The notes: generated from the sequence alone by a model not told the origin. Shown: positions 34,208 to 44,693, counted from the stretch's first letter. The stretch: DNA of 64,000 bases from Candidatus Moanibacter sp. (GCA_965226025.1 CBDDCD010000001.1:74104-138103), one strand, 5' to 3'. Numbers and translations are program-made.

Positions 34208-35287
34208 CTACCCGCTCCATTCCATCGGGCTCGGCGGAGAAAAGCATGATGTGATTTCGATAACTTCGCCGGACTCTATCGATCGGTTGATGCTTTCAAT
34301 CACTTCCACAACATGGGCGGCCTGTTTGGCAGAAGCCCGGTGCGGACGATCGTTGAGAATGGCGTCCGCCAGATCCTCGATTCCCCTGGCAAACTCGATG
34401 CCGTCATAGGGTTCTTTGAGATAGGGCACAGACTGGTAATCCTCCCCGAATCGTGCATACTCGACCGGTGCCGAGAAACCCTGAAAGTCACCCAGGAAGA
34501 GCCGGCCCCCGTCACCGTGAATCTCCATCGATCCCCCCTGTTTCGATCCCTTGGCGTAAAAGTTAGCTGAAAGTCTGACCAACGGCCCCTCCTCCATCTC
34601 GATCGTGGCAAAGACGCAGTCAGGAACCTCGATCCGGAAGCTCCGCCCCTCTTCAGTTTTCCGATCTGGATGAATTACCCGCCCGAAGGCGCGCACCCTC
34701 GAGATCCTCCCGGAAAAGGTCGTAAGCAGAGTAAGAGGGTAGGGACCCACGTCCCAGAGTACGCCAACATCATAGAAAGCCTCAGGATTCGGATGCCACG
34801 TCTCGATTCGACCGTGATTGATCTCCGAGTAGACAAGGCGAATCTTTCCGAGTCCTCCATCTCGAATCACTTTCCACGCCGTCTGCTGGGCTTCACCCAT
34901 ATAGGTAATGGGGGCGCTGCTCAGCCGGAGATGCTTTCCTTCCGCGAGTTGGACGAGTCTGGAGGCATCTCGGTAGGTCATGGCGAAGGGCTTCTCGGTA
35001 TGGACGTGCTTTCCGCCTTCTAAGCAGCGAGTGATCACTTCGGCATGGGCATGATGAATCGTCAAATTGACCACCGCATCAACTCTCGTGTCGGAAAGAA
35101 CATCGTCGAGTCTGGGATACAGTTTTCCTCCGTACTGCTTGACGAATTGACGCGCCTTGTCCTCCAGAATATCGGAAAATCCAAGTAGGTTTACATGAGC
35201 GTAACACTGGATTTGTTCCGCGTACCGGGTGGCGATATTTCCGCATCCCACAATCGCAACATTCAGTGCATTTCCGGATTCTGCCAT
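34208..35287 (-). CDS. Gfo/Idh/MocA family oxidoreductase
   Basis: 'NVAIVGCGNIATRYA' and 'HVHTEKPFA' motifs. Confidence 0.85.
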   Translation of the reverse strand: MAESGNALNVAIVGCGNIATRYAEQIQCYAHVNLLGFSDILEDKARQFVKQYGGKLYPRLDDVLSDTRVDAVVNLTIHHAHAEVITRCLEGGKHVHTEKPFAMTYRDASRLVQLAEGKHLRLSSAPITYMGEAQQTAWKVIRDGGLGKIRLVYSEINHGRIETWHPNPEAFYDVGVLWDVGPYPLTLLTTFSGRISRVRAFGRVIHPDRKTEEGRSFRIEVPDCVFATIEMEEGPLVRLSANFYAKGSKQGGSMEIHGDGGRLFLGDFQGFSAPVEYARFGEDYQSVPYLKEPYDGIEFARGIEDLADAILNDRPHRASAKQAAHVVEVIESINRSIESGEVIEITSCFSPPSPMEWSG

Positions 35288-35445
35288 AGGCGCTCGAAGT
35301 ATCCCCTCGAAGGTTGAACGTCAGAACAACCAGCAGAATTGGCAAGCACTTCCTTTGGTGGTTAGATTCGAGGACCGGGAAATCTACTTCCCGGTGGGTC
35401 GAGGGAGCTACCCCTGAACCCTCCGAGGGCCAATCCTGGTGTGTC

Positions 35446-35647
35446 GGGCAACCCACCCCTGGCCCCTCCGAGGAGGGGAGAGTCCTGTATAGGGGTTCGA
35501 TGGTGAGAGCCCTTCCCGGAAGGAGGTAGTTGCCGGTTGAGGTATTGGGAATCCACGCTTGGATCTCCCGCGAAGAGACAGTCGATCCAAACCTTAATCA
35601 GGACCTTCCCCTCCTCGGAGGGGTGGCGCAGCCGGGGTGGGTTGCCC
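35446..35647. repeat. pair of REP-like 'GGGCAACCCACCCCTG.CCCCTCCGAGGAGGGGA' elements in inverted orientation
   Basis: Copies lie at 35446-35479 (forward) and 35607-35647 (reverse complement). Confidence 0.7.
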
Positions 35648-35666
35648 GGCCCACCACGATCAGTCT

Positions 35667-36542
35667 TTATGCCCTTTCCTTTACCAGCAACTGATCCAAC
35701 TCCTGCCACATTTCCAGAGGGATCGCCTCCGGGCGGGTCTGATGGGGGATATTGGCTTCTTTCAAGAGTTTAAGCCAAGGCTGCAGTCGAGGTTCGCTCT
35801 TGCAGATTCCTCGAATCTGTTTTCGGCGCTGGGTGAAAATCTTGCGCACGATGTCTTTTGCGGGTTCCGAGAAAAGATAGGGAACGGTTCTGAGGGAGAA
35901 ACGACAGAGGGAGGAGTCGACTGCAGGCGGAGGGTAGAAGCAACTTCGAGAGACTCTCTGTCGCTTATCCAGACTGAAGGCGGATTCGATTTGGAGGGTG
36001 ATAAAGCCGAGTTCCTTCCTTCCGGTTCGAGCTATAAAACGGTCGGCCGCTTCCTTTTGCAACATGAGAGTCATCGCATTGGGAAGAGGACCGCCAAGCA
36101 CCGCGTTCATCCAAGGCGACGAAATGGCGTAGGGAAGGTTGGCGACGATTTTGAACGGAGGGACAGATTCCTTGCTTCCGTGCCATCGAAAATCCGCTAG
36201 CGGCTCTTTCACTGCGTCTCCAGAGAGAAGCCTAAGATTTCTGGGAAAATTCGCTGCCAGTGTCTTGTTCAGATAGCCGTGCAGAGCAGGATCCAGCTCA
36301 ACCGCAAAGACCGTAGCCCCGGCGGCAAGCATCGGTCCGGTGATCGCGCCCAAACCCGGTCCGATCTCTACGACTGTGTCCCCTTTCCTTACCTGTGCCA
36401 GCTCAACCACCCGGCGGGCCATGTTTTTGTCGACGAGGAAGTTTTGGCCGAGTTTCTTTTTTGGGCGCAGGCCGATATCGGCGATCAGCTTTCGCGTCTC
36501 AGTAAGGGTCAGAGGGCAGACGGAAATCGGATGCGGCTTCAT
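35667..36542 (-). CDS. rsmA: 16S rRNA (adenine1518/1519-N6)-dimethyltransferase
   Basis: 'KKLGQNFLVDKN' and 'VVEIGPGLGAIT' are KsgA/RsmA signatures. Confidence 0.9.
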   Translation of the reverse strand: MKPHPISVCPLTLTETRKLIADIGLRPKKKLGQNFLVDKNMARRVVELAQVRKGDTVVEIGPGLGAITGPMLAAGATVFAVELDPALHGYLNKTLAANFPRNLRLLSGDAVKEPLADFRWHGSKESVPPFKIVANLPYAISSPWMNAVLGGPLPNAMTLMLQKEAADRFIARTGRKELGFITLQIESAFSLDKRQRVSRSCFYPPPAVDSSLCRFSLRTVPYLFSEPAKDIVRKIFTQRRKQIRGICKSEPRLQPWLKLLKEANIPHQTRPEAIPLEMWQELDQLLVKERA

Positions 36543-36757
36543 TGTTCGGTCGATTTTAGAAGAGATTCGAAATGCTGGCTCCCTTTCATAGTTGGGCAGT
36601 GGACAAGGTTCGAGAGCACCCAGAAATATTAACGATCACGGTCTAAACTACCAACATCGAATACGCAGTGTTCAGTTCTCAAGGGCTTCCGGAGATGCGC
36701 CAGCTGTTTACTTCAGTCTTCGGACTTTGGCCTTCGAAGTTGCATATTTCCCAACCG

Positions 36758-37552
36758 TTACAACACATGTAGCTCTTGTACAAACGGCTCCGGATCTTCG
36801 AGTCGCATAAGAGCCTCCCCAATCAGGACGGCGTCCGCGCCGGCCTGGCGAACTCTCTCCGCGTCGTCGATGGAAAGAATGCCGCTCTCACTGATTGAGA
36901 CGACGTCATCGGGGATCTGGGGAATCAGTTTTTCCGATACCTCCAGATCGATTTCGAACCGAGCGAGGTCCCGATTATTGACGCCGATGATTTTCGCGCC
37001 GGCCTCGATCGCGCGGTCTAATTCCGGTTCGCTGTGGACTTCGAAGAGACAGTCGAGCCCGGCCATGGGTGCGGCGTCGAAGAGCTGACGAACCTCGTCC
37101 CTAGTAAGAGCCCGAACGATTAGGAGGATAGCGCCGGCGTTGGCTTCAACCGACTCGACGACCTGAACAGGATGAAAGAAGAAATCCTTATGCAGGGTAG
37201 GGCGAGCGTCATCCCGGGACTGAAGGAAATCGTTGACCTCCCAGAGATCCTTCAAAGTCCCGGAAAAGAACTTGGAATCGGTGAGGACGGAGATCGCATC
37301 GGCCCTGGAGTTGTAGTACTTCCTCGCCTGTTCAGCGGATTCGATTTCCTCCGCGATGTTACCGGCAGAGGGCGAACGGCGTTTGATTTCGGCCACGACA
37401 CTGAGGCGATTCGGATCGGAAAGGGACTCGCCGAAAGAAGGGCCTCGCAGTTCCACGTCCGCGAGATTGAGCAGCTCACGCTCCGCCACGGGCCGGATCC
37501 GATCCGACAGTTCCCGCCGTTTCCACTGCATAATCTCATCGAGTTTGTCCAT
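36758..37552 (-). CDS. trpC: indole-3-glycerol phosphate synthase
   Basis: 'SVVAEIKRRSPSAG', 'ISVLTD' and 'IGVNNRDL' motifs. Confidence 0.9.
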   Translation of the reverse strand: MDKLDEIMQWKRRELSDRIRPVAERELLNLADVELRGPSFGESLSDPNRLSVVAEIKRRSPSAGNIAEEIESAEQARKYYNSRADAISVLTDSKFFSGTLKDLWEVNDFLQSRDDARPTLHKDFFFHPVQVVESVEANAGAILLIVRALTRDEVRQLFDAAPMAGLDCLFEVHSEPELDRAIEAGAKIIGVNNRDLARFEIDLEVSEKLIPQIPDDVVSISESGILSIDDAERVRQAGADAVLIGEALMRLEDPEPFVQELHVL

Positions 37553-37665
37553 GACATGCTCCGGATATCAAATCAGCTGGGCCCCCTGCAGGTCCGTGAC
37601 CACCGGTTTAGACGAGTGAGGAATTTTGGATTCACATTGGCACTTTGTGAATTGCACTCGTCAAA

Positions 37666-38352
37666 ATGTCTGAAATAGGTTTGCACTCCTATTCTATGAC
37701 AGGTTCGGGAAGTGAGATTCAAGACCTAAGGAAGACGGTAGCAAAACTTCGTGCTCCGGATGGTTGTCCCTGGGACCGGGAACAGACCCACCAGTCCCTG
37801 GCCGACTGCCTGATGGAAGAATGCGCCGAGTTGCTCGACACGATTGACCGGGACGACATTGAGCACATGAAAGAGGAACTCGGTGATGTGCTCTTGCAAG
37901 TCGTGATGCACGCGCAGTTGGCTGAGGAGGAAAGCGCCTTCGATCTGGAAGCGATCACGAAGCAGGTCAATGAAAAGCTGATTCGTCGCCATCCCCACGT
38001 TTTCGGTTCCAGAAAAGCAGCGAATGCCGAGGACGCGCTGCATCGATGGGACGAGATCAAGGCGGGAGAAAAAGGGGGTGGGATCGATTACCAAGGGAAA
38101 CTTGAGAAGCTCCCACCCCAACTCCCTGCGCTTCTCTATGCCAGGGATGTTTACAAGCTGATTCAGAAGGGTGAGTCGAATTGGTACGACATCGTGGACG
38201 TCGAAGTAGTCAACGAAATCAGCGACAAGATCGATGAAGAGGAAGCGGGTAAACGACTCTTCGAGTTCGCCGCAGCTTGTCGAGAGGCGAATATCGACCC
38301 GGAATCAGCCCTTCGACGCTACACAAGCAAACTGGTGAGAAATCTTGCCTGA
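37666..38352 (+). CDS. mazG: nucleoside triphosphate pyrophosphohydrolase MazG
   Basis: 'LRAPDGCPWDREQTHQSL' and 'EELGDVLLQVV'. The start could instead be the ATG at 37696. Confidence 0.88.
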   Translation: MSEIGLHSYSMTGSGSEIQDLRKTVAKLRAPDGCPWDREQTHQSLADCLMEECAELLDTIDRDDIEHMKEELGDVLLQVVMHAQLAEEESAFDLEAITKQVNEKLIRRHPHVFGSRKAANAEDALHRWDEIKAGEKGGGIDYQGKLEKLPPQLPALLYARDVYKLIQKGESNWYDIVDVEVVNEISDKIDEEEAGKRLFEFAAACREANIDPESALRRYTSKLVRNLA

Positions 38353-39077
38353 TGGATATCTGCACAGTGGAGACTTCGGAAGGAGCCATAATGGTTCCGT
38401 ATGAAGTCGTGCGCTCCAAGCGCAGCCGCAACCTTCATTTGAGTCTCGGAGAAGCGAAGCATGCAGTCCTTACGGTGCCTCGTTGGGCAACAATGGGTGA
38501 AGCGATCGAGTTTCTTAAGAAGCATGGAGATTGGTTCTCCAAGAACAGCGCTGCGACGAGAAAGAGCCCCAGTCTCCTTCGCTTCCTTCAAGAGCAGCCC
38601 TCTCTTTCCGCCTTCGGCGAAAATCTCGCGATCGATTTTGGATTCAATGCCAGCAAAGCTGCGATTCGATATTGCAGAACATCAAATAGAGTGGAGCTGA
38701 GGCTCGAATCGAACTCCCCATTTGATCCTCAACTCGCTTACCTCTTGAAGCGGATTGCCAAGGAAGTTGTCGCGGATCGAGCAAGGGAGTTGGCCGGCCG
38801 CCACCAGATTTCGGTTGAGCGGATCACCATTCGCGACCAGCGCCGATGTTGGGGATCCTGTTCCGACCGAAAAACGCTTTCCTTGAACTGGAGACTCGTT
38901 CTCCTGTCACCGGATCTGCATGATTACATCATCTACCACGAACTCGCTCACCTGACCCACCTGAACCATTCTCACAGCTACTGGAAGCTTCTCCGGCAGT
39001 ACGATCCCAAAGCCGTCCGCCACGATATGAAGATTACCCGTATGGCCGGTTCCATTATGGAATTAGGGAGAGGGTAG
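38352..39077 (+). CDS. YgjP-like (DUF45/M48-like) metal-dependent hydrolase
   Basis: 'RCWGSCS' and 'HELAHLTHLNHS'. I used the ATG at 38352 rather than the upstream in-frame extension from 38277, which overlaps mazG. Confidence 0.8.
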   Translation: MDICTVETSEGAIMVPYEVVRSKRSRNLHLSLGEAKHAVLTVPRWATMGEAIEFLKKHGDWFSKNSAATRKSPSLLRFLQEQPSLSAFGENLAIDFGFNASKAAIRYCRTSNRVELRLESNSPFDPQLAYLLKRIAKEVVADRARELAGRHQISVERITIRDQRRCWGSCSDRKTLSLNWRLVLLSPDLHDYIIYHELAHLTHLNHSHSYWKLLRQYDPKAVRHDMKITRMAGSIMELGRG

Positions 39078-39145
39078 GATGCTGTCGGACTTCTTGCGCC
39101 TTTCTTTCCTGCCGACAGCGCCGGATAGTGCAACCGTCAGGATTT

Positions 39146-39206
39146 GACGTTGGACGTTGAGCGTTGGATGTTGAACCCAGCCCTTATTCAACATCCAACA
39201 TCCAAG
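39146..39206. repeat. 'TTGGACGTTGAGCGTTGGATGTTGA' repeat with an 11-bp hairpin (TTGGATGTTGA/TCAACATCCAA)
   Basis: A second copy in reverse orientation is at 50371-50407. Confidence 0.6.
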
Positions 39207-39225
39207 TAACTTTGGCCGTAGCGCC

Positions 39226-39263
39226 CAAATAAATCGACGGCCGTCGATTTATTTGTCACATTG
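39226..39263. promoter_or_regulatory. operator-like perfect palindrome 'CAAATAAATCGACGG|CCGTCGATTTATTTG' plus 'TCACATTG', just upstream of the HDAC-like gene
   Basis: The 38 nt are identical to 46305-46342. The palindrome centre is 33 nt upstream of ATG 39273. Confidence 0.55.
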
Positions 39264-39272
39264 CAGACAACG

Positions 39273-40208
39273 ATGGACGGCGCATTCATCTACCACCCTG
39301 ACTATGAGTTACACGACACCGGTAGCCTTCATCCGGAGACCCCAGGGCGAGCCAAGGTTGTCCAGGAACACATCAAGGGAAGCCGAATTGCGGAGAGTCT
39401 CGAATTCATTGAGCCAGATCCGGCTGGACTTGAGTGGATCACACTCAATCACAGCCAAAAGTATGTAGAATCGGTCGAAGGTGCGGTCGGTTGTGGGCGA
39501 ACCGTCCTCGATTTCGGTGATACGCGAATTTCGACGGACTCCTTCCGGGTGGCGCGGTTGGCAGTGGGTGGAGCCCTTGCTGGTGTAGATGCGGTTCTTG
39601 AGCATGGGTATCACTTCGCCTTCTCCTGCGCCCGGCCGCCCGGGCATCACGCACGTCCAGAGGCGGCGATGGGTTTCTGTCTCTTCAACAACATTGCGAT
39701 TGCGGCCAGGTATGCTTTGCAGCGCCACGGTCTTGAAAGAGTATTGATCGTGGATTGGGATGTGCATCACGGAAACGGGACGCAGGAGAGTTTCTACGAG
39801 GAGAATTCAGTTTACTTTTTCAGCCTTCACCAGTTCCCCTATTACCCCGGCTCCGGTGCGGCTACCGAAATCGGGAGTGGGAAAGGTTCCGGTTTCACCC
39901 GAAACGTCCCAATGCCGGCAGGAACAGGGATGACCGATTATCGTAAGGCATTTGAGGAGATCCTTGTTCCCGTGGCAGCGGAATTCGCTCCCCAGCTCAT
40001 TCTGATCTCGGCGGGTTTCGACGCCCACGAGGCAGATCCCTTGGCCGGGATCAATCTGTCCGAGGAGGACTTTGCAGAACTGACGGGAAGAATCAGGGCA
40101 TTGGCCCAATCCCATTGCCAAGGTCGGATCGTCTCGATCATGGAAGGGGGTTACAACTTGAGAGCCTTGGCCGGGTCGGTGGAGGCTCACCTAGAGGCAC
40201 TACTTTAG
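39273..40208 (+). CDS. histone deacetylase-family (acetoin utilisation/acetylpolyamine amidohydrolase-like) protein
   Basis: 'HPETPGR', 'RPPGHHA', 'DWDVHHGNGTQ' and 'SAGFDAH'. The in-frame TTG at 39261 is an alternative start. Confidence 0.88.
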   Translation: MDGAFIYHPDYELHDTGSLHPETPGRAKVVQEHIKGSRIAESLEFIEPDPAGLEWITLNHSQKYVESVEGAVGCGRTVLDFGDTRISTDSFRVARLAVGGALAGVDAVLEHGYHFAFSCARPPGHHARPEAAMGFCLFNNIAIAARYALQRHGLERVLIVDWDVHHGNGTQESFYEENSVYFFSLHQFPYYPGSGAATEIGSGKGSGFTRNVPMPAGTGMTDYRKAFEEILVPVAAEFAPQLILISAGFDAHEADPLAGINLSEEDFAELTGRIRALAQSHCQGRIVSIMEGGYNLRALAGSVEAHLEALL

Positions 40209-40371
40209 GATCCTTTCCGGAGAGATGCGGATTCCACTGTTGTGCTTTTGGATTTCCTTCCGAATTCTGACCCTTAGGCCGATGTTGGAGCTCCCCGATC
40301 TTTGTCGCGACAAAGGGGCTAACGCCGGAGACAGGGACAGATTCGGATTAGATAACTTCACACTCTTAGAA

Positions 40372-41187
40372 ATGGCTGAAGGTATGGAAGCGCAAAAAGG
40401 AAGTCGAACGGTCAAGGCTTACCGGAATCGGGAGTTTCTGAATTCGGTATCGGCACGGTCGATTAGGGTGCAGTGCGAACTGAGCGAACCGAAGAAGCGC
40501 CTTGAGGAAAAGGGAGTATACAACACGATTGTATTCTTTGGTTCGGCTCGAATTCGAGAGGAGGGGATAACTTCTGAGCAAGGGCAACCCACCCCTGCGC
40601 CCCCCAAGGAGGGGATACCCACCCCTAACCCCTCCGAGGAGGGGAATGTGAATTACTATGATGCGGCACTCAGGCTGGCGAAGGAGCTGACGGAGTGGTC
40701 CCTGAAGATCGAGAATCCGAAGCATCGGTTTTTTATCTGTTCCGGAGGCGGGCCGGGGATCATGGAGGCGGCCAATCGGGGGGCGAGTGAGGCGAGTGGA
40801 GAATCCATTGGATTGGGGATCAGCCTGCCCCATGAACAATCTAACAATGCCTACGTTTCCGATGATCTGAGTTTCGAATTTCACTATTTTTTCATCCGGA
40901 AATATTGGTTCCTTTACCATGCCAAGAGTTTTGTGATCTTCCCCGGCGGCTTCGGAACCTTAGACGAAATGTTTGAAACGCTGACCCTGCTTCAGACCGG
41001 AAAGATAGGAAAGTACATGCCGATTGTTCTCTTTGGTTCCGAGTTTTGGAACTCCGCGGTAAATTTTGAGTTTCTGAGGGAGCGAGGAGTCATCTCGCAA
41101 AAGGATCTGGAACGATTCAGGATCATCGACTCGGTGGAGGAGGCGAGGGATTATATCGTGGGGGAACTGACGCGGATCTACTTATAG
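40372..41187 (+). CDS. LOG-family (TIGR00730) Rossmann-fold nucleotide-binding protein
   Basis: 'GGGPGIMEAANRGA' and 'PGGFGTLDE'. The ATG at 40372 was chosen over the long upstream in-frame extension. Confidence 0.82.
   Translation: MAEGMEAQKGSRTVKAYRNREFLNSVSARSIRVQCELSEPKKRLEEKGVYNTIVFFGSARIREEGITSEQGQPTPAPPKEGIPTPNPSEEGNVNYYDAALRLAKELTEWSLKIENPKHRFFICSGGGPGIMEAANRGASEASGESIGLGISLPHEQSNNAYVSDDLSFEFHYFFIRKYWFLYHAKSFVIFPGGFGTLDEMFETLTLLQTGKIGKYMPIVLFGSEFWNSAVNFEFLRERGVISQKDLERFRIIDSVEEARDYIVGELTRIYL
40582..40645 (+). repeat. two tandem REP-like units inserted in frame inside the LOG gene
   Basis: 'GGGCAACCCACCCCTGCGCCCCCCAAGGAGGGGA' followed by 'TACCCACCCCTAACCCCTCCGAGGAGGGGA' encodes 'GQPTPAPPKEGIPTPNPSEEG'. 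Confidence 0.7.
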
Positions 41188-41221
41188 CCCAAATCCCGGA
41201 GAAATTTAGGCGGTCTCCTGG

Positions 41222-42004
41222 TCAGACGCGTCCCTGGAAGGATTTCCCTCGCACCTGTTTGAATGGCGGCATCTTGGGGGCGTCGGTAACGGTTTCGTCC
41301 TTGAATGAGTTTGCCCGCATGTAATGGGTGGCGTAACCCCGGCGCCGGAGGCCGGATAGGTTGGCGTTGCTCTGGTGGAGCACGAGGCTGTGATGGAAAC
41401 TGATGCTGCCGCGCGGTAGTGGAGCCGGTTCCACCGGCCACCTCCGTGCATCCAGGTCGTCCGTGAAGGGCTCGAGTCGGGGTCCTCTGAGCATTCCCCA
41501 TCGCTGGGTGCCGAGGGCGAAGTTGAGGCAACCGTTTTCCATTGTGGCGTCATCGATCGCGGTCCAGGCCGTGACCAAGTCCATGGGGAGAATGTCACGC
41601 CAAGAAGCGGAGTCCTGGTGCCACGGCTGCGCGCTGCCGGTCTTCGGCGATTTCATGAAGAGCTGATCTCCGTAGAGCTTGATGTCATGCGAGCCCAGGA
41701 GGTCGGCAATGATGTCGACGACCCTTGGGTTCGAAACGTGAGCCCACATCGTGTCGTCGTAAACGGCGAGGTTGTATAGTTTTCGGACGGCAAGGACTCG
41801 ATCCTGAACCGTCTGTTTTCCCACTCGGAACACCGGCTCGAGTTGGATGCTCGTATCGGGAATGTGGTCCAATCGACCCGAAGCGATGAGGTCGCAGTGA
41901 TCTCCGAGGGTGCCGACCTCTGATGCGGACAGCACATTCTCGACGACGAGGTAGCCGTTCAATCGAAACTGTTTGATTTGGTCCTGGGTTAGCGACTTGG
42001 GCAT
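41222..42004 (-). CDS. phytanoyl-CoA dioxygenase (PhyH) family protein
   Basis: The N-terminus 'LTQDQIKQFRLNGYLVVENVLS' and the 'WHQD...H' layout fit the family. Confidence 0.75.
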   Translation of the reverse strand: MPKSLTQDQIKQFRLNGYLVVENVLSASEVGTLGDHCDLIASGRLDHIPDTSIQLEPVFRVGKQTVQDRVLAVRKLYNLAVYDDTMWAHVSNPRVVDIIADLLGSHDIKLYGDQLFMKSPKTGSAQPWHQDSASWRDILPMDLVTAWTAIDDATMENGCLNFALGTQRWGMLRGPRLEPFTDDLDARRWPVEPAPLPRGSISFHHSLVLHQSNANLSGLRRRGYATHYMRANSFKDETVTDAPKMPPFKQVRGKSFQGRV

Positions 42005-42449
42005 CGCGAGGCGAATTTAGATCTCTTCAACTTAAGGTTGAACAACAGAACTAAGGTTTCTGAATCATTTCATGTCAAAGGAGAATCCGGAGGATAAAGG
42101 AGCGGTTTCCCGAATCTTGCCCCGGAGGAAAATAGGAAGGAGGTGATTGTCGACTCAGCAATGTAGCCGCGGCTGCGAGGACGTGGTTGGTAGTAACGAT
42201 TTTCCTTCATCCACTCAACCGCTTTCTTGCGACCGCCGCTACAAGGGTGTGTCATCCCGATTCGTTCCGCGTTCCGAGGCCACGGACCACCAGTTCTTGA
42301 CCGTTCCGATTCTCAAGATATCTAACCGGCCCCCAACCGGCAGAATTCGACTGTCGCTTTGGGCATGTCGATTGGGGAAGCATGGATATCGATCCGGGCA
42401 AATCGATATTCGTAATCTCAAGCGAAATCGAAACTCGAAATCGAGATTC

Positions 42450-43286
42450 CTACGTCTGAGCAAACTTGTCGTATTCAGCGTTGATCCGATCCGGTTCGCC
42501 CGCACCGGAGTGGACGAAGATCCGATACTTGAGGTCGAGTTGGTCCCCGACATTGAGTTCGACCGGCCCGGTGAAATAGTTGTAGTTGGGTGAGAGGGGA
42601 CCATAATCCCTGGAAAACCAGTGAGCCTGGACCGGGTTTGAGGGGTGATCCAGTAGGGAGATCCCGATCAAGCGGCCGTCCGTTTCGGCCGTTTCGTCAA
42701 TCCATCGTGCGGGTTTGCCAAACATCGCTTTTTCGCCTCGACGTCCTTCGCTGTCGGTCAAGACACCGCCGTGGTTAGCCGTCAACCAATCGGCCGGCCG
42801 GACTAACGGCATCCCGGATTCGTTGGTGGGGTGAAAGACCACCTTCTGATCGACGGGTCGCAAACTGATAGCCGTGTCGAGGTAAAGTTCACCGTCCTCC
42901 AGGAGCTCCCATCGGTAGGAGCGGTGGTCGGTGATAAGAGCGTTACGGTCGGGCGCGATCCACTCGCTATCGTGGGCCAAAACAGCAACGTTATCCTCGG
43001 TATCGGTTTGCAGATCGCCCACCAGATTGATCTGGCCCAGGTTGCGCTTGTCCCGGTAGAGGTAGAAGTCGAGGTCGTCGTTGACGACGCCGTGTGAGAA
43101 GCAAACCCCGTGATGGTGCAGGTGATCGGCCGGTTGGTTTTCCAGCACGTTCCGTTTGCCCGGCCCTAAGAGACAGGTGATATGCGGGTGCAATTCCGGA
43201 TACCACGCATATCGCGAAATGGTGCCTATGTCCTCCGCGCGGATGTTCATCACATGAGGGTTTTCCTGCGCAAAGCTAAGTTGCAT
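42450..43286 (-). CDS. PmoA-like/DUF6807 family protein
   Basis: 'DHLHHHGVCFSHGVVND.DFY' resembles the family that often accompanies Gfo/Idh/MocA genes. This is from memory, not a search. Confidence 0.5.
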   Translation of the reverse strand: MQLSFAQENPHVMNIRAEDIGTISRYAWYPELHPHITCLLGPGKRNVLENQPADHLHHHGVCFSHGVVNDDLDFYLYRDKRNLGQINLVGDLQTDTEDNVAVLAHDSEWIAPDRNALITDHRSYRWELLEDGELYLDTAISLRPVDQKVVFHPTNESGMPLVRPADWLTANHGGVLTDSEGRRGEKAMFGKPARWIDETAETDGRLIGISLLDHPSNPVQAHWFSRDYGPLSPNYNYFTGPVELNVGDQLDLKYRIFVHSGAGEPDRINAEYDKFAQT

Positions 43287-43682
43287 GACGTTTCTTTTCT
43301 AAGGATCAGGTCGAGAAAACGGCAAGATGTATCAAATTCGGGGAATGGATGCCAATGGGATTCTTACCAGCCAATCCTGGTGGGGACGTGCAACCCACCC
43401 GGCGTGGTGGGCTTCTGGAGTCGGTTGCAGGCCGACGTCGCGGATCTGACGCTTCAGGCCGCGCTGGAAGGTAGTCTCGATAAGCTGATCCAAGCTCTCA
43501 GCCTCGATCCGGCAAGCGGACTGGCCGACTTTTCGCAACTGCCGCAGTTAGCGGACGACTTGCTTCTGGCGAATCGGGACTGGCTGCCGAGGTTCTTTGA
43601 GCAGTAAGTTCGTGCAAATTTGGAGGTGACTTCAACGAGAAGATTCGTAGTATTCAACTCCGTAGCAAAATTTAAGATCAGC

Positions 43683-44681
43683 ATGAAAAAGACCTTGTTA
43701 TACGTACTTTTCGCCTTCCAAGCCGGTAGCCTCCTCTTTGGTGGGGTCGGTTTCGTGGTATCATCCACAGAGCTAATTACAGGTGAGACCAGCAAAACCG
43801 AAATGCATGCTCAGTGGCCGTGGCTGAAGATCGAAATTCCCCCGGGAGAAGGAGAGAAGTCAGAGGGCTCGATGACTTATAATGCTGAGCGCAAGGAATT
43901 GATCGTGAATCAAGGATCCGAGGCCTACAGAGTGACTGAGAATTCCTTCAAGAGTCACAATGTTCAAAGTTTTCAACCGCAACTGGATGAAATTCGACGA
44001 CGCATGGCTGAAGCATATGAAAAGGTTCCCAAGGACCAGCTGCACATGCTTGATGGCTTGATTCCCGAAGAATACCGACCCTCAGGAACTCCTTATGGTC
44101 AATCCACAAACACTGAAACGGAAATCAGAAAAACGAACCGTAAGGGAAAGGAAAACGGTTTTTCATATACGGTCTATGAGGTTTGGCGCGGTGGAAGGAA
44201 GATTTTCGAACTCCATGTTACAGACTGGGGTGAAATTATAAACGGCAATGAAATAAGAAAGCTTATAGTAGGCTTTGCTGAATTTCTTACGGATTTGCAG
44301 GATTCCATGATGGGTGGAAAGGACAATCCATTCAGCCATAATAATATGTTTACCTACTTCAAGAAAGTAGATGGATATATCTCTGGAGGAAAGGATTTTG
44401 AGGACAACAGTTCCTTCCAGCTCGTATCCGTAGAAAAGAGAAAATTCCCGCCCGGATACTTCGCTGTCAAGGGTCCGGTGAGAGACATGGGGGCGGCCAT
44501 GGGCTCTCTTCAAGGAGATCTATACAGAAGTATGCAACAACGTCCGGCCGACTCTGGAAATAACATCCGCAAAGGTTACCCGCGCTATCCAACGGGTGGA
44601 TCCGGCAATCAGAATAGGGCAATCGAAGGCGACCGAGCGGTAACGGCCCCTGGAACTGCTACCTCTCAGGAGGGCAACTAA
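43683..44681 (+). CDS. hypothetical secreted protein
   Basis: Signal-peptide-like 'MKKTLLYVLFAFQAGSLLFGG'. I recognise no family. Confidence 0.55.
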   Translation: MKKTLLYVLFAFQAGSLLFGGVGFVVSSTELITGETSKTEMHAQWPWLKIEIPPGEGEKSEGSMTYNAERKELIVNQGSEAYRVTENSFKSHNVQSFQPQLDEIRRRMAEAYEKVPKDQLHMLDGLIPEEYRPSGTPYGQSTNTETEIRKTNRKGKENGFSYTVYEVWRGGRKIFELHVTDWGEIINGNEIRKLIVGFAEFLTDLQDSMMGGKDNPFSHNNMFTYFKKVDGYISGGKDFEDNSSFQLVSVEKRKFPPGYFAVKGPVRDMGAAMGSLQGDLYRSMQQRPADSGNNIRKGYPRYPTGGSGNQNRAIEGDRAVTAPGTATSQEGN

Positions 44682-44693
44682 CCCTGGATTGTA

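Noticed and set aside
35079-35773. Several ORFs (35079..35456, 35362..35709, 35537..35773, 35637..36200) between the Gfo/Idh/MocA gene and rsmA.
   Set aside because: They read through inverted REP-like elements or are antisense to rsmA. The recurring 'GQPTP.PSEEG' strings are repeat-encoded, not evidence of a gene.
39164-39198. A Rho-independent terminator after the YgjP-like gene.
   Set aside because: An 11-bp stem is present but it is not followed by a T-run, and the sequence belongs to a dispersed repeat family. It is annotated as a repeat only.
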